64,000 nt of DNA from Tricharina praecox (taxonomy: Eukaryota). Shown in pieces: positions 12,205 to 26,859 of the stretch. The stretch's first letter is position 1. Every line of letters starts with the position of its first letter. Location: the NCBI RefSeq assembly GCF_024521635.1, contig NW_026250431.1:186001-250000 (forward strand). Reading direction: 5' to 3'. Both the position numbers and the translations under genes were made by a program. A model generated the notes under the pieces. It saw nothing but the letters and a program-made list of their open reading frames with translations. It did not search any database and was not told the DNA's origin.

Positions 12205-15200
12205 TGTTAACTTGTGATGGGGGTTTCTTGTTGGAAATGACGCGACGAGGTGGGTCTGTCGTTAGGTGGAAGTGGTAGTGGTGGTTGTGGTGGTAAAGGT
12301 AGGAAACTTGAAGAAGTTTCGAAGGGTTGTTTGGTTAGTTGGAGTGTGATCAAGTCAGGGGTTGTTTCGGATCAACACGATGGGAGAGTAGTGGGTGATC
12401 GAGGTAGGAGACGATTCCCGGGAATTCCAAGAGGGATTAGTCTGTTGTTTCTGCTCGCTACCGCTTTGATTGTCTTTGTTGCGGTCGCGCGTGCTGTGTG
12501 CTTGAAACCTACTGATTGATCGAGAAGTTCTCGCTCCTCGGGAGAAAGCTGTCGGAGTCCGAGGTGTGTATTCGAGAGGTACAGTTCGAGGTCGCTGATT
12601 GTAAACCCGAGTGTGCTGCTCGCGATGATCTCTTGAGGGGGGGTTGAAGAAAGACTGGGGTGGGTGAAATGGAACAGGGTGGGGAGGAGGAGGGAGGGGG
12701 AGAGATGGGATGGAGGGGATTAGGTGTGGGAGAGAAGAGAAGAGGGTAGCAGGTAAGGAGTTTGAGAGAAAGAGCGGGGGGTTGGCGGTTGTAGTGAGTG
12801 GGATCCGACTAGGTGGAGGGGCGGTTTGTTTGGAATGGAGAGGGGGAGTTGATGGAGGAGGGTTCAGTGGATGATATCCAGGTGTATGTAGATGGGATAG
12901 GTAGGGTGAGGTAAGTGGTAGGGAAGCAAGGTGAGGTAAGGGTATGGTTAGGGCACCTGTAGCCGGGGGATTCCAACATTCGCGAAGGGAACCGAGTAAC
13001 TACCAGCAGACGTGACAATGTGAGTAACCGCTCGGCTCACGTCGCGAGGAAGCTTTTTAAAGCACCCCAATACCATCTAAAACATTGCACTAGATGCCGA
13101 GGAAGATGTTTGACCGCGATCGTGTGTGTAGATGGGAATACATAGTACGCGTCGACAGGTGTGAAGAGCCTCCATCGTTTTCGCTCACTCGTTCATGGTA
13201 CCTCACTCGCTCAACTTTCCAGCCTCAGGATTTCCCAATGGAGCTAACACTGTGCACTTCGTACTGAAAAGAGGCGGGATTCCGTGGATTACGTGCACTA
13301 GAGTTGTATGGAGACCTTGCGGATAAGGGAAACGAAGACCTTGAGGACTGGCAATGGAACCCGTGGGATATCCTCACCAACCGAAGAAACCACCACAATT
13401 CCAGAACCCCACAGGTTGACGCTGGCGAAGGAGTGGCACACCAGGAAGGAGAACCGCGAACCATAGGCAGAGCCCAGGAACAGCCGGCGCATGCAGTGGC
13501 AGATCTATCACCTGGAGGAGGAAACCCTAATCGGCCGAGTGTATGTCCTCAGGGGACGCGGGTTTTGCATCGGAGGTTTTACGCGACATGGCCACTGCCA
13601 CCAGGCACCACGCTGCGACGCGATCTGAGTTTCACACTTCGCAAGCGTCGGGTCCCATGTGTGTCGACTAACCACGAGGATAGCCTCAGCAACGCCCAAA
13701 CACAGGGAACTCTATCATCCCTCGCGTCCAGCCAAGCCTATATACATGATGGAATTGATATGTATCTGTGGCACAGGGGAAACCGGTCCACCGCCGCCTC
13801 CACGAACCGTCGCAACGGACGAAGCCACATAGATATGTACCTACCGGTATTTCCAACGAAGATTTGGTGTGGTGGTGTGGTGTGGTGCCTGACCCTGTCG
13901 CGATCCACGTTCCAGTGTCCCCAGGGCCCACGTCCCAAGCCCTCCCGAGTCCCGTCACGACTCCAGCCACGCCCAAGAACCCGACTCGTTTCAGCGTGGC
14001 GACCCCCTACCGAGCGATCCTGAGCGCGTTCCCGTCCATGTGTGTGTGTGTGTGGGATTCGTCGCCGAGCCCACTTTGCCGGGCGCGCGCGCGTCACCAC
14101 GTCGTTGCGGAAAGCTACCGGTACCTACCGACTCTATGTACGAGTGCACCCCTTCCCCACGTGTAGTCGGCGTGTGCATCCATGAATACACACCTGCAAC
14201 CTGCGTCACACCGGTTGCTGTCCCGGATCGTGGACTACTGGGTCGGGTGGAATCTAGAATCTCCATATGGAGATGTCCGCAGCCTGGAGGTTTACTTGAA
14301 AGCATCAGATGGCATTCTCGGATCTACTAATAGCATGAGCCGGTCGATACCAGGATTGTTTTGCACAAGGCTATCGAGAGTGTTCTGGAGTGCGGAGGGA
14401 AGTCGGAGTCCCTGGTCGAGAGCACTGTGGGCACAGTAGGCACAGTAGGCAGTAGCATGCCGCAGGAGAATCGACGCGTGATGTGTTGTACATGCCTCGA
14501 AACAGAACTCTTGCTTTGTGATGCAGATTATCTCACATCCCTTAGATCGTCAAAAATATTTCACCGTAACGGAGGGCGAGTGGGGGACACAGGGGGTAGT
14601 CAGAATTGCGTCACTATGTAGCAAGGAACCGCCCACCAGCTGGCTGAAGAAGGCTGGCTTGTGGAGCGGGCATAGGTCGTGCGGCGGCGGCGAGGGATCT
14701 CTTAGTCGGCGGCGAGGGATCTCTTATTCGGCCGCACAGTCACCTCACCATACATATACCACTTGACATCAGCTCGACATCATAACCTACACCTGTCTCT
14801 CCACCCCCTGTGACGTAGCTCGGCTCGGTGGAAACAATCAAAAGGATAAGGCGCAGTATTCACTATTCTTGTCGCCGGACGGTGATGTTGGGTTACTCTC
14901 ACAAGTATCCACGCCTTTTTATTACAATGAATCTCTCACACTAGACCAAAATATCTTCAGGCACAATGGGCGATGAACAAGACCATCCTCCTATTCAGAT
15001 CCGATATGCTAAAGAAAAATAACAAAAACAATCACTCCACATGCAAGCAACTAAAAAGCCAAAACTCAATTCTTTCTGCAGCCATCAGACCATGCATCAT
15101 CTCCTTAACACGAACCCGTGTGTCTTCGTCGAGCAACGCCTGCGCCCTCTCTTTCAGAAACGCGGCTCGCCATTTCTTGACACCGCGAAGATCTCCTCCT

Positions 15201-17119
15201 CCACGTCAACTTCATTCATTTGCGCGCGAGAAAAGTCTGCTGTTCTGGTTGAGTCGCAGGATGCCTGCCGGCCCAATCCGGCGCCGCGAAGCAAAGGATC
15301 TTATTATCCCTGAAACAATTATCAGCCATTTGAACATTAAAACAACAACAGGTTCAACATACATATGGGGTATTCTGAGCAGGTGTGCATAAAGCACAGG
15401 CAACAGCCGATAGGTGGATCTCATCGGGATCCTCAGCAGTGCGCTCGACCGGCCTTTGTAGCCGGAATTGTCGGCAGCCGCGAAACCCTTCGCTGTGGGC
15501 AGGGCCGAAGCCCATCCCAGGTGTCATAGAAAGGGCCGAAGCCCAATCCCAGGTAGCGGGGCCTAAGCCCTCCACAATGCGCCAACACCAATTCCGTTGC
15601 AAACAGCATTGCGAAACGGAACGTCACAGGACACACAGCCTTCGGGGAACGGTGCTAGCACTGGGGGGCGGAAAAGGCTCCCATGCCAGAAAACTTGGAG
15701 AAGTGGTAGAAGCTATTGCAATCAGTAAGAGAACGGCGAGATGGGATAGGATAGGCACGGAAGGAAGAAACTTACCAACCACGAACTCAATAGCCGCTTT
15801 GACAGGCACGATCAGTGCCACTTCCGTCGAAGGAAAACATTTGATATACAGGGCAATCGAACCAAATGATTGATTTTGTCGCAGGATTTCTTTCGTCTTC
15901 GTCTTTCGAGAGTCGGTAGTAACGCCCTCGTAGGGCTTTGAATTGGCCCTCACATTAGTGACTGAGGATGGGTAATCGGGTGGTATTATTGGGTGCGTTG
16001 ATGTTGTGATGTTTCCGAGTGTCGGATTTTGTTACTTGGTTGGCAGGAGAAGATGAGATGAGAGGAAAATGAAGTTGTGTAAGAAAGAAGCTTGGGGGGT
16101 GGGCGCGATGCGGGTTTTGTGGGGTAGCGAGGAATTTACCCGGACGGCGGCGAAACCCACGCCCCACGTGGGAGGGCAAGCACCTTGAAGGGAAAACACA
16201 CGTCACGCACTCACAATCGGTGGTAAGAAAGGAAAGGAATTGAATTTTGGGGATAGTGCACGTGCCTGTCCGGGAACCAACTGCAATTTCAATGTCAAAC
16301 CTGGGGTTTCTGACGAGTGGAAGGTTGCCAAAGCTGCAGCCACAAGCTCTCGTCTCCCCCAATGGCCCATTCAGCATCCCAGATGTTCAACAGCACACCT
16401 CACTCCGGGTCTACGTGCCAGTTGACCGTAGAGTTGATCTGTAAAGTTGTATCTCAGTCGACAATTTGTAGTTTCTCAAATTATCATGCCACTTGGGCTG
16501 GTGTGCCGAACGCTCACCAAGTCCCCATAACCCGGAAACTGAGGGTTTCAACTTTCAAACTGCATCCAAATTTGGTATCGTATGGTAGATTCAAGATGCA
16601 GCTTCCAGCAGCCACCCAAATAGGCTCCAAGTAACTATAATCTGCAGTACTGAGGTCGAATGCTATGATTGAATAAACTACAATCCGGCCGATGAACCCG
16701 ATGAATTTCGCTGAACCCGATGAACCCGACAAGCATGGTGTTGAATAGTGTCGAATAGCGCCGACGCCAAGATAGCTATGGAAGACGTGAATTGCTTCTC
16801 CCTGGAAGTCGCTGCATGCCAGCTCACCTTAAAGCGACGGACTAACTAGCGAGAAGAAGCGAATCGAAGCCCGGGAATATGTAGTCCGCTTCCCGGATCA
16901 CCACCGGCGATTCAACCCGGGCCGCAGCACAAAGACAGTCAACATACACCGCGCCAGCGAAATCACCAAAGCACATTACAGTAGGAATGGTAGGTACATG
17001 ACAATTATGCTTTTCCCGAGGGTATGTATGCTACATGGAAACAGGAGATAGGTAACAATACAGAGCAACCATCACATGTCATTCCATTCCATTCCGAAAG
17101 ATAGATAGATATTTGAGCA

Positions 17120-18683
17120 CTACTTTCTCTCCTCCTTGAGTCCCTCAAAGTACGCCGCCACATCCTCGGCACCAACGACCTTCCCGCTCTTAGCGAACGG
17201 CTCGAGGAAAGCCTTGACGCGATCCTTCAGCTGGTTGTACGCCAGCACGCCCTCGATGGCACGCACGCGGTCCATGCCGTTGAGCGCGCGCTCGCCCTCC
17301 TCGAAGATGCTGCCGGTTGGCGAGGCGGAGCGGCTGACCTGCGGCTCATGCGCCTCCTCCTTTTCCCGGAGGATCGGGAAGGCCCGGAGGTGCTGGAAGC
17401 AGGAGGGACAGTGGCAGAGCGCCTTGCGGAATGCCTTGGGTAGGAGGAGCGAGAATACAGTGGGGAGGGGAGATGGGGAGGGGAGCGTGCAGGTGACCGT
17501 GGTCTCCACCTTAAGGTCTTCCGCCCGTGCGCGTTTCGTGGAGGAGGAGGAGGACCCTTCCTCCGAGGGATCGGACGCTTTGCGCTTATGGCCGTGTTGT
17601 GGCTCTGGCTGTGAGGCTTCGGTCTTCGGTGGGGAGCAACCAATGGCGACCGTGGTGGTTGCTTCCTGCTCGCTTACTGCTCCTTTCCGCTCGAGTGCGA
17701 AGAATTTCGGATAGCTGGCGAGCTGCTTCAGCCACGGATTCGCTTCCAGACATTTCCAACATATCACGTTGGCATAGTCCTCGGGGAAGCCGAGACGTTT
17801 GGCACGGTCATCGTCATCTTCTTCCTCCTCCTCCTCATCTTCCTCCCGATTTTCGTCTGCTACTGTAGCGAAACCTTTAGTATGTGTACTGTCCTTTTCC
17901 TTCTCCGCAACCGATGTGGTAGCTGCTTCTTCACCTGTGCCGGCCGGTAACTTTCCGTTCATATCCTTCGTCCCATTCACACTCTCCTCCCCACTCAACT
18001 CCGCCTCCTCCTTCTCCTTCTTCTTCTGCTCCTTAACATACGCCGGCGGCTCGCGTCCCACCATACACGTATCGTGGAACCAATCCTCCTGGCAGACGTC
18101 ACCGAGTAAACACTGATGCATGACACCATCCTCCTTCTCCGGTTCATACACCGCCTCACAGATACAAAACCTGCCCCAGAAGTTCTGACCGTATAGTCTC
18201 TCATCCTCCGCCTCCGCATCTATCTCCTTCCTAATTTTGCATGCGACGCCGGGCACCCTCAGCGTTCCACAATCGCACCGAAACCCGCGCTTCTCAAAGA
18301 TCTCGACGAGCTCGTGGTCGCCATGGCAGGAGATCGAGCAGCTGTAGCAGAGCGCCGCGCCGCCGCCGCCGGCGTGGTCGTTGAGCCAGCCGAACGGGGG
18401 AGGTGTGCTGGGTGTCCGCGACGTACACGTCTTGCACGCGTACAGGCTCTGCCGTAATACCCCCAGAGGCCGCGTGCACGCGTCGAAGCTGTACGGGAGC
18501 GCTTCGCGCGCTTCGGATTCGAGCTGTAGCTGCGAGTTGATGTAACTACTGCGGGTTAGCGCGTGGCAGCTAGAGGGTAGAGATGACGAACTCCAAGGCT
18601 GTTACCGAGTCACTTGTGGGTGGGGTGGTGGTTGTGGTGATGGAGCTGGAGGAGGCATCGGCGGCGGCGGGCGGGGACGGCAT
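17120..18683 (-). CDS. mlo2: UBR-box/PHD zinc-finger protein, Mlo2/UBR7-like (intron 18591-18546)
   Basis: LESEAREALPYSFDACT..LRQSLYAC..C..CYSCSISCHGDHELVEIFEKRGFRCDCG; NFWGRFCIC..MHQC..CQEDWFHDTC; C-terminal MDRVRAIEGVLAYN. Confidence 0.88.
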
Positions 18684-19754
18684 CGTGGTCTTCGTAGAGA
18701 GACGGTCGGGCTCAGCTGTGGTTTGGTGGGAAATGCGGTCTGCGGCTCGTGAATGTCGTCTGGTGGAGGGCCGTTGTTGCGGATTATATATCGGTCGCGG
18801 ATTGCTGGTTGCGGGGGTGGTAGAGTAGTGGATGGTAGTGGAAGCTTACCCCGGCTCGACGCGAGAAAGTTCGCCCGCGCCCTTTTTTTCTTTTTGCAAT
18901 CATCGGTGCATCATCGACGTTGCTGGATCATGACAGCTGCCGAACCCTTTCTCCGCCCACTGTCGACTGTCCGCGACCCATGGTCGTCAGCTCCCTAACG
19001 ATTGCTCTCCGCCCAGTCCAGCCCCATTTTCGTGAAGATAATATGGAACGCAATCTCCATTCTCCCCCATTCTCCTCCATTCTCCCGCCCCAAAAGCCCT
19101 GCGATACAGACGAGCCCCACCAACGCGCATCCCTGCCTGCCGATTCCATCACCTAGCAAAAGGCTTGCCAGATAGGGGCATCGGTTATTTAGACACGTCG
19201 GGTGTTGGTGTTGTTAGAACGAGTGATCGTTGGTGAAGCTTCGCCGTCTGCCCTGCATAGGCCTCCTCTTCGCAGCCAGTTTTCATCCGATAGACTCAAG
19301 CAAAGACTTGTTTGATCCTCAAGTATAATCCGTCATAGCGATAGGTACAGATTTTCACGTCAAGACGGTGGGCAGGATGTGACCGGAGGAGCTTTTTGTA
19401 GCATACTCTACTACGTATATTGTATGTCTCTTCAATACAAACCTCTCGTTCCCCACCAAATCTCATCGGATTGTTAGTCGAAAGCATTTATATCCGGCCC
19501 CGAATGCAGACCATTGCGACCGTATAAAATCTTCAGAGCGATAGAGACCGACAAAGAATATATGGAAAAGACAAAGAGAATACTCGAAAAAAGTAATTAC
19601 AACCATTCTCGTCTAGTGCCTTGGCGTCCGAGGATCCGACGTGTCGGAGTATATACTCGACGTGCTTGACGTGCTCGAGTAACCGATGCCTCCCTGAAGT
19701 CTACGGAAACCTTCGACTCGCGACCTCCTGCCCGCCCCACCGGCCACTGCCACG

Positions 19755-21151
19755 ATGCCCGAACTCTTTATGCCCACACCCGTCGCACCCCCGCAACACC
19801 CACCACGGAGTTCCCTGACGCAATCACAATTACCCCTACCGCAACCCGTACCGATCATCACCACCGCCGCGAATGGCATCACAACGACCCGGCGCATGTC
19901 CACCTCCGAACCCCGAAAAAAGCGGCACGGATCGAGCTCACATCAACCCCGTCGGCGGGCGGCATGGAAAAAGCTTCTATGGGTGAAGCAAGATTGTACC
20001 CTCCCCTCCCCCCATCTTCCCCCCTTCGCTCTGAATCCATCTAACTGGCGAAGCAAACAGATCCCGACAACTGGGTTGACCCAACCTTCCTCAAGGACTT
20101 GCAGCGGAACATCAACGTGCACCCGTACGACTTCTACTCGCTGGTGGCCGAGAGTACCGTAGTCGTGCAGCACCTCGCGAGCGCCGTCATCTTCGTGACG
20201 AGTTTCGTGGCCATCTACATTGAGATTGTTTCCCCTGTTTCCGTTGTCGCCGTCTCGACGGTCCTCACGATTGCGGGATGGGCGGTGTGGGATCGTGCGG
20301 TTACTTCTCGGGACGATCTCGCTGCTGGAGGGGGAGGGGGCGGTGGAGGAGGATCGGCGACAGCATTAAACCATAAAGGCCTAGGACTAGATTTCTCGAG
20401 CGAGCAGCGGTCGTCCTTCAACAGCGGCAGCTACTTTCCGCCATTCGACTCCGCTGTGTACCCAAGCTCCTCACCGACCACCCCGCGTCCGCCTACTCCT
20501 CCTCCGCCGCCGGCCTACCAGCCCGCCAACACCTCCCTGCGCAAATCGCGCATAATCAGCACCTTCAAATCCGCGCTCCTAATCTACTTCACTTTGCTCG
20601 GTCTCTCGCCCATCCTGCGCTCGCTAACCAAAGGCGTAACATCGGACAGCATCTGGGCGATCGCGACGTGGCTATTCATGGCAAACTTCCTCAGCTTCGA
20701 CTATAGCAGCAGTGTGGAGCGGAACTTTCCCGCGTCGTTCTCGACGAACGCGGCCATCACCAGCAGCGTCGTGCTCGCGTCGCGTTTGACGGACACCAGC
20801 CACGTGTTCTCGCTCATGCTCTTCAGCATCCAGGTTTTCGGCCTGTTTCCGGTCTTTAGGCGCACCCTGAAACATATCAGCTGGAACTGGCATGTGGCCC
20901 TGACGGTGGTCTTGGTGTTGGGCGCCGCTGCGGGCCTGTGGTTTGTGGCGGGCTGGGGGTGGGCCCTGGCTTGGGTCCTCGGTGTCATTGCCGGCATGGG
21001 AGGTTGTGGCTGGTGGATGATTGATCTGCAGAAGTATAAGAAGTATGTCGGCTCCCTCCATGGTGGCTACGTGTGCGTGCTAATGATGAACAGCGAAATT
21101 CATGGACCATGGGATCCTGCAAGACCGGTCATTCGTAGACAGTGGGCATAG
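19755..21151 (+). CDS. GPI2: GPI-GlcNAc transferase subunit Gpi2/PIG-C (3 exons)
   Basis: WKKLLWVKQD|YPDNWVDPTFL, LSPILRSLT..TSDSIWA, STNAA..SVVLASRL, KYK|.EIHGPWD; multiple TM segments. Confidence 0.93.
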
Positions 21152-21300
21152 AATACCCAGGCATAGCATAGACGGGGGTGTTAATGATATCATACTGTTA
21201 TAAGAAAACATAATACCACCGATGACAAGATGTGTGATATGCAGCGGTGCAGAAACCTCCCTATCGTGTGTGTAGTGACACTTGAACTCGCCCGTGGAAT

Positions 21301-21331
21301 ATCACGTGTCTTGTCACGGATTATCACGTGC
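21301..21331. promoter_or_regulatory. Paired ATCACGTG E-box (Cbf1/bHLH-type) sites upstream of REV3
   Basis: ATCACGTG occurs at 21301 and 21323 in the short GPI2-REV3 intergenic region. Confidence 0.35.
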
Positions 21332-21457
21332 CAGGCCAATCTACACGTCCCCTGTCGCGTCATCTCACTATCGTCTATATATCCCGCCAGCGCAGCTCCC
21401 CTACAGCTCCCCCTACGGCTCTCCACGGCGACTCCCCACCTCCTTCATCGTCCAGTG

Positions 21458-24400
21458 ATGGTATTCCGCGTCCGCCTCGACAACCTCGACTTCTACAGCA
21501 CACTCCCGAGCGAGCTAGATCCCTCTCTGCCCACGATTTCCCGCGATGTCTCGCCGCAAGTCCCAGTGTTGCGGATATTTGGGTCCACCGAGAGCGGAGA
21601 GCGCGTGTGTGCCCACGTCCACGGAGTGCTCCCGTACCTATACGTCGAGTATCCCGCCGCTTATGTCACCCCGAAACAGTTCAACCGTGAGTATTCCCGT
21701 GCGAGGAAGGTGGGGAAGGTAATAGGGGATTCGAAGGTCTGACGGTCAGTGAGCAGTGGAAACCGCCCAAGTCGAGATCCGGAAACTCCGCCGGAACATC
21801 GATGCTGCGCTGAAAGCACGGTATTCCAAGGGAGGATACATCAACAATAACAACAGGACGAGGAAGAAGAGCGACGGTAAGACCGTCCAGCAGTACGTCG
21901 CCACGATTGCCCTCGTCAAGGGCGTCCCGTTCTACGGCTACAATGTCGGTTGGAAGCTCTACTGCAAGATTTACCTCTACAGCCCGAGGCATATATCCGG
22001 CCTGATGGATGAACTCCTCGGTGGAGGGGTCGCGGGAAGACCGCTGCAGCCGTTTGAGGGCCATATCAATTATACTATGCAGTTTTTAATTGATTATAAC
22101 CTCTATGGCTGCGGGTTTGTCGAGGTTGATGAGGAAAGGGTCAAGTATAGGCGGGTGTATAAAAAAAATGAGGACGAGGAGGAGAAGGAGGAGGAGTGGG
22201 GATCACCGGAAGGCTCTCGATCTGATGAAGATCACGATGCATTACCTGAGGACCGATTCCCGAAACATTCCTACCACGGGTGGGAAGTTGACATACGAGC
22301 GGCGGACATTCTGAACCGGTACGAGATTGTCGAGCGTCGGATCCACCAAGACTTTTCCGCCGAGTCCGCCGCCGCCTGTTCCACCGGCTTAAAGCACCTT
22401 CACAGTCTCGACGAGCTATGGAAAGCGCACGGCGAGCGGACGCAACCCGAGGCTAGCGGCTGGTCTGTGCCGGCATCTACCGCGCGAGAGGATACCAAGC
22501 AGGAGCCGTGGGTGGAGGAGCAAGATTATAGAGACGCCATCCGCGATCACATTGATTATGAGAACCGCTCCCGCCATGCTAGAAAGGTCACGCTCAGGAA
22601 TATCCTGAGGAGGATCCCGTACGAATGCTATATTCCCACGGCGTTCGAGAGCGTCGACTATCTGGCGTCCTTCGATACTGTGCCCCCGAGAAGGCCTGGT
22701 AAAGGAGAGCAGGCCGCTGAGGAGGTGGGAAGCCGGGAGAATGCCGCCGCAGAACGTGTGGAATCCATGGATAAGACGGTTGATGTTCAGATGAAAGGGA
22801 AAGCCGGAGGAAAACCGGAGGGGGACGAGGAGGACGAGGATTATGGCCTCGACGGGATCGATTTCGATGCTATACCACTGGAAGCCTTGGGCTGCGAAGG
22901 GCTGGAGGATCAGCAAACGGTGGAACACGGTGTGCTAGGAGAACAGAACCATATTGAAAGTCACCCGTCTCTGCCTGCAAGTGGTGAACTTCGTACTGAG
23001 ATCTTGACGCAACATGCAAAACGTAAATTCTCTGAAATTTCAGGTAAATCCACCTCTTATTTGAATCCTCGCGATATGGTCGCTGATCGGGTTCGGCCAT
23101 TACCGCAGACAGTTTACCACTGCTGTGGTTCGATCTTCGATCTTCTCATGACCCCTCGCAGCCGCCTGATTCCGCTGTGCTAGGTCTACGTGAGGCCTTC
23201 AGTATCGGAGGCACCCATCCGATTTTCCACTACTCCAAACAACCTCCATCGATGTCGGAAATCCAGAAATCCGAGTCGAAATTGGGGATTATTTACACGA
23301 ACACTTTCTACGGGAAGCGAGCAGATATGCCCAGAAAGAAGTATCAATACGGACCGACGAAGTTCGACATAAAAACGCATGATCCAATTCACTTGCCCGC
23401 TTTTGATCCTGATGTGGGGAAGGGGTATAAGAGGCCCTACAAATGGCCAAAAGTCGAGTGGCCAAATGGAAGGGTACGGTCGACTAGAATATCGACTTGG
23501 ATGTACGCATTGGAGGCTCCCACGCTGGAAGAGGTTTGTAAGTGGGAGTCGGATACGCTGGCCAAGAGTGGAGAACTGAACGGTGACAGAGTCAGAGCAC
23601 AGCTGCTCTCTCAGGTGAGTTGGTGTGTTTGCCCGGATAATCCTACTGGCATTGCTGACTTGTGAAAGATCGAAGGCCCAACGCAGAATAGTCATGGTCT
23701 CGCCCACAAACCTGCACGGAAAAATAATAAATCGGGCCCTCTGAAGAAAAGCGCTGGAATGTGTGTAATGGGTCTCGAAATCCATGGTACGAGTTCTGCA
23801 AGCCTCCACATATCCATGCCAGGACTAACGTTATTATCGCAGTCAATACGATTGGTGATTTGGTGCCGGATCCAAAAATCAATTCCATAGCCTGTGTCTT
23901 CTGGTGTGTCCAGCCCGGAGGTGGTGGAAAGACACGATTAGGCATCCTGGCAGTCGGCGACGGCCTCACAGAAGACATGTTCCGGCGCTTCGCCGATGTC
24001 GAAGTTTCCATCGAGCCGGATGAAATGTACATGATGAATTCACTCGTGAATATCGTGCGAGACCTGGACCCTGATATTCTCACGGGCTACGAGATTCATT
24101 CGAGTTCGTGGGGGTACATCATCGAACGCGCAAAGCATCTTGAGGGTAAGCTTCGCCTCCTAGCACTACCGTGTCCGTGCCATCAGTCTAACTGTAGTGT
24201 TAGGATTGGATCTTATCAACGAGTTCTCAAGGGCCAAGATCTACACCTCCGGCCGTGCCGGAAGCGACGTGGATCTGTACAATGTGAGCCACCAAGGTGT
24301 GGTCAAGATCACGGGAAGACACACCATCAACATCTGGCGGGCCATGAAGGGTGAGTTGCGACTTCTGGGCTACAACATGGAGAATGTGGTGTTTCATTTG

Positions 24401-26859
24401 CTGGGTAAACGGTAAGGCGGATTCATAGCTGGGATGTGAGCGAAACCTGAAGGAGCTGACGGTGTGAAAGAATACCGCACTATGCATACAAGGACCTGAC
24501 CGCCTGGTTCCAGGGTGGTATCATGGCCTTCATTCATCGAGTCATCAAATACTTCCTCATACGCGTCCGGCTCGACCTGGAGATTTTGGAGAAGCAGGAT
24601 TTTATCACTATCGTCAGGTAGGATTTTTCCGACGTGCCGCTGTCTTGGTGCGGCGATTAGAAGCTGATGTGTACAGCGAGCATGCTCGGCTCATCGGTGT
24701 CGACTTTCAGTCCGTATTCAACCGCGGCTCGCAGCTAAAGGTGGAGTCGTTGATGTTTCGAATTGCGAAGCCGGAATCCTACATTTTGGTATCGCCGTCT
24801 AGGAGACAAGTGAGTACCTACATCTAATCGTATTGGGACTGGTATTGACAGTGGCTAGGTATCTAGTCAAAACGCCATCGAGAGTATAGCCCTCAATATG
24901 GAGCCCGACTCGCGGTTCTATAACAACCCGGTGGTAGTGCTGGATTTTCAATCACTCTATCCCTCCATCATGATCGCGTACAACTATTGCTACTCGACGT
25001 GTCTGGGTAGAATAGTTAGGAAGGGACGTCTGAATAAGCTGGGCTTTACCGAGTACAAACGTCCACTTGGTTTGCTCGGATTGCACGAAGAGAATATCAA
25101 TGGTACGTCGAATTCATCCATGAACCATCAAAATCCTGACAGAATATCTGGATAGTATCTCCCAACGGCATGATGTTCGTCAAACCGCATGTTCGACAAT
25201 CTTTGCTGGCAAAGATGTTGTCCGAGATCCTCGACACACGCGTGATGGTGAAGGACCGGATGAAGCGCGACAAGGACGACAAGCACCTGCAGCAGATGTT
25301 GAACAGCTGGCAGCTGGCGCTCAAGCTGACGGCAAATGTCACATATGGGTACACCTCGGCGAGCTTTTCGGGCCGTATGCCATGTTCCGAGATCGCGGAC
25401 AGTATCGTACAATCCGGGAGGGAGACGCTTGAAAAGGTGGGGAAGTCCGTGGATCCAGAGCAGTACTGAGTATCCTGGCTTACACAACTGCTCTGTAGGC
25501 GATAAACCTCATCAATAACGAAGAGGGCTGGGGTGCGAGAGTTGTATACGGCGATACCGACAGTCTGTTTGTCGAACTCCCCGGCAGAAGCAAAGACGAG
25601 GCCTTCGATATCGGATACGAGATTGCCGAACGGGTGACCGCTATGAATCCGAAACCTATCAAGCTGAAGTTCGAGAAGGTCTATCTGCCTTCGGTGCTGC
25701 TGATGAAAAAGCGGTACGTTGGCTTGAAGTATGAATACCGCGACCAGAAGGAGCCGGACTTCGACGCCAAGGGAATCGAAACAGTTCGGAGGGATTATTT
25801 TCCGGCGATACAGAAGATGCAGGAAACTGCTCTCAAGTAAGGAACCTTTTCGTCCACCGGAACTGGGCGAGAAATAGCTTACATGTAGGCGACCGGGCAG
25901 GATCCATTTCCGCACTCAGGATCTCTCGCAGGTCAAGGAATACTGTCTCCGGCAGTGGACCAAGATGATGCAAGGCAAGGTCTCGGTTCAGGATTTCTGT
26001 ATCGCAAAAGAAGTAAAGCTCGCAAACTCCCGGTACCAAATCTCCCTATTGATTTCTCGCAATCGTTACTGACACTCCTCAGCGAAGGAGCACCCATCCA
26101 GCCTCACATGGCCATAGCCAAAAAACGAAGAGACGTCGACCACCGCAACGAGCCCCAATTCGGCGAGCGCATTCCGTAGGCCCTCTTTCCCGTTCTTTCC
26201 ACCAGTCCACTCCCTGACAGTCCACCAGCTACGTAGTAATCGCTGGCGGTCTCGAGCACCAACGCATCTCGGACCGCGCCATTGAAGTGGACAGATACCT
26301 TCACTCGCCGCACCTGATGCTCGACATAGACTACTACATTCAAAAAAAGATGATCCCACCCTTGGCGCGCATTTTCAATGTCATCGGTGCACCCGTCGCG
26401 CTGTGGTATAAGGAAATGCCAAAGTACCGACGCCCACGAGTGTTCGTAGACGACGGAAAGCGCAAGGCTCCCACGCTGGACGGGTGGCTCATACGTGACA
26501 ATCTGGTGTGCTACATCTGCCGTGGCAAAACCTCCAGCGGAAAAGGTAAGAGACACCCCCCCACGCACTCTTCCACCCGCCACCTGTGCTGACATAACAC
26601 GCAAGTAATGTGCCCATCCTGCTCCGAGAGCCGCGACGTATCAATCTACAAGACACAGATACAGCTGTGCGCGGCGCAGAAGCGGATGCACGATATCCGG
26701 AGGATCTGTGTATCGTGCAGCGATGTCTCCCGCCCCGAGGAGCTGAAGTGCGATTCCCTCGATTGTCCGGTGTATTATTCCCGCGTGAAGGAGACGCAGA
26801 GGCACCAGTATGAGGACAAGAGGGCGAAGATGCTTTTACAGGCTCTAAGGGCTCTGTAA
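21458..26859 (+). CDS. REV3: DNA polymerase zeta catalytic subunit (B family, about 12 introns)
   Basis: [97 protein letters not shown] and C-terminal CysA/CysB clusters (CYIC..CPSC, CVSC..CDSLDC). Confidence 0.93.

Noticed and set aside
13304..14439. Cluster of 80-240 aa ORFs upstream of rac1
   Set aside because: No domain-like content or consistent splicing; looks like a long regulatory/intergenic region.
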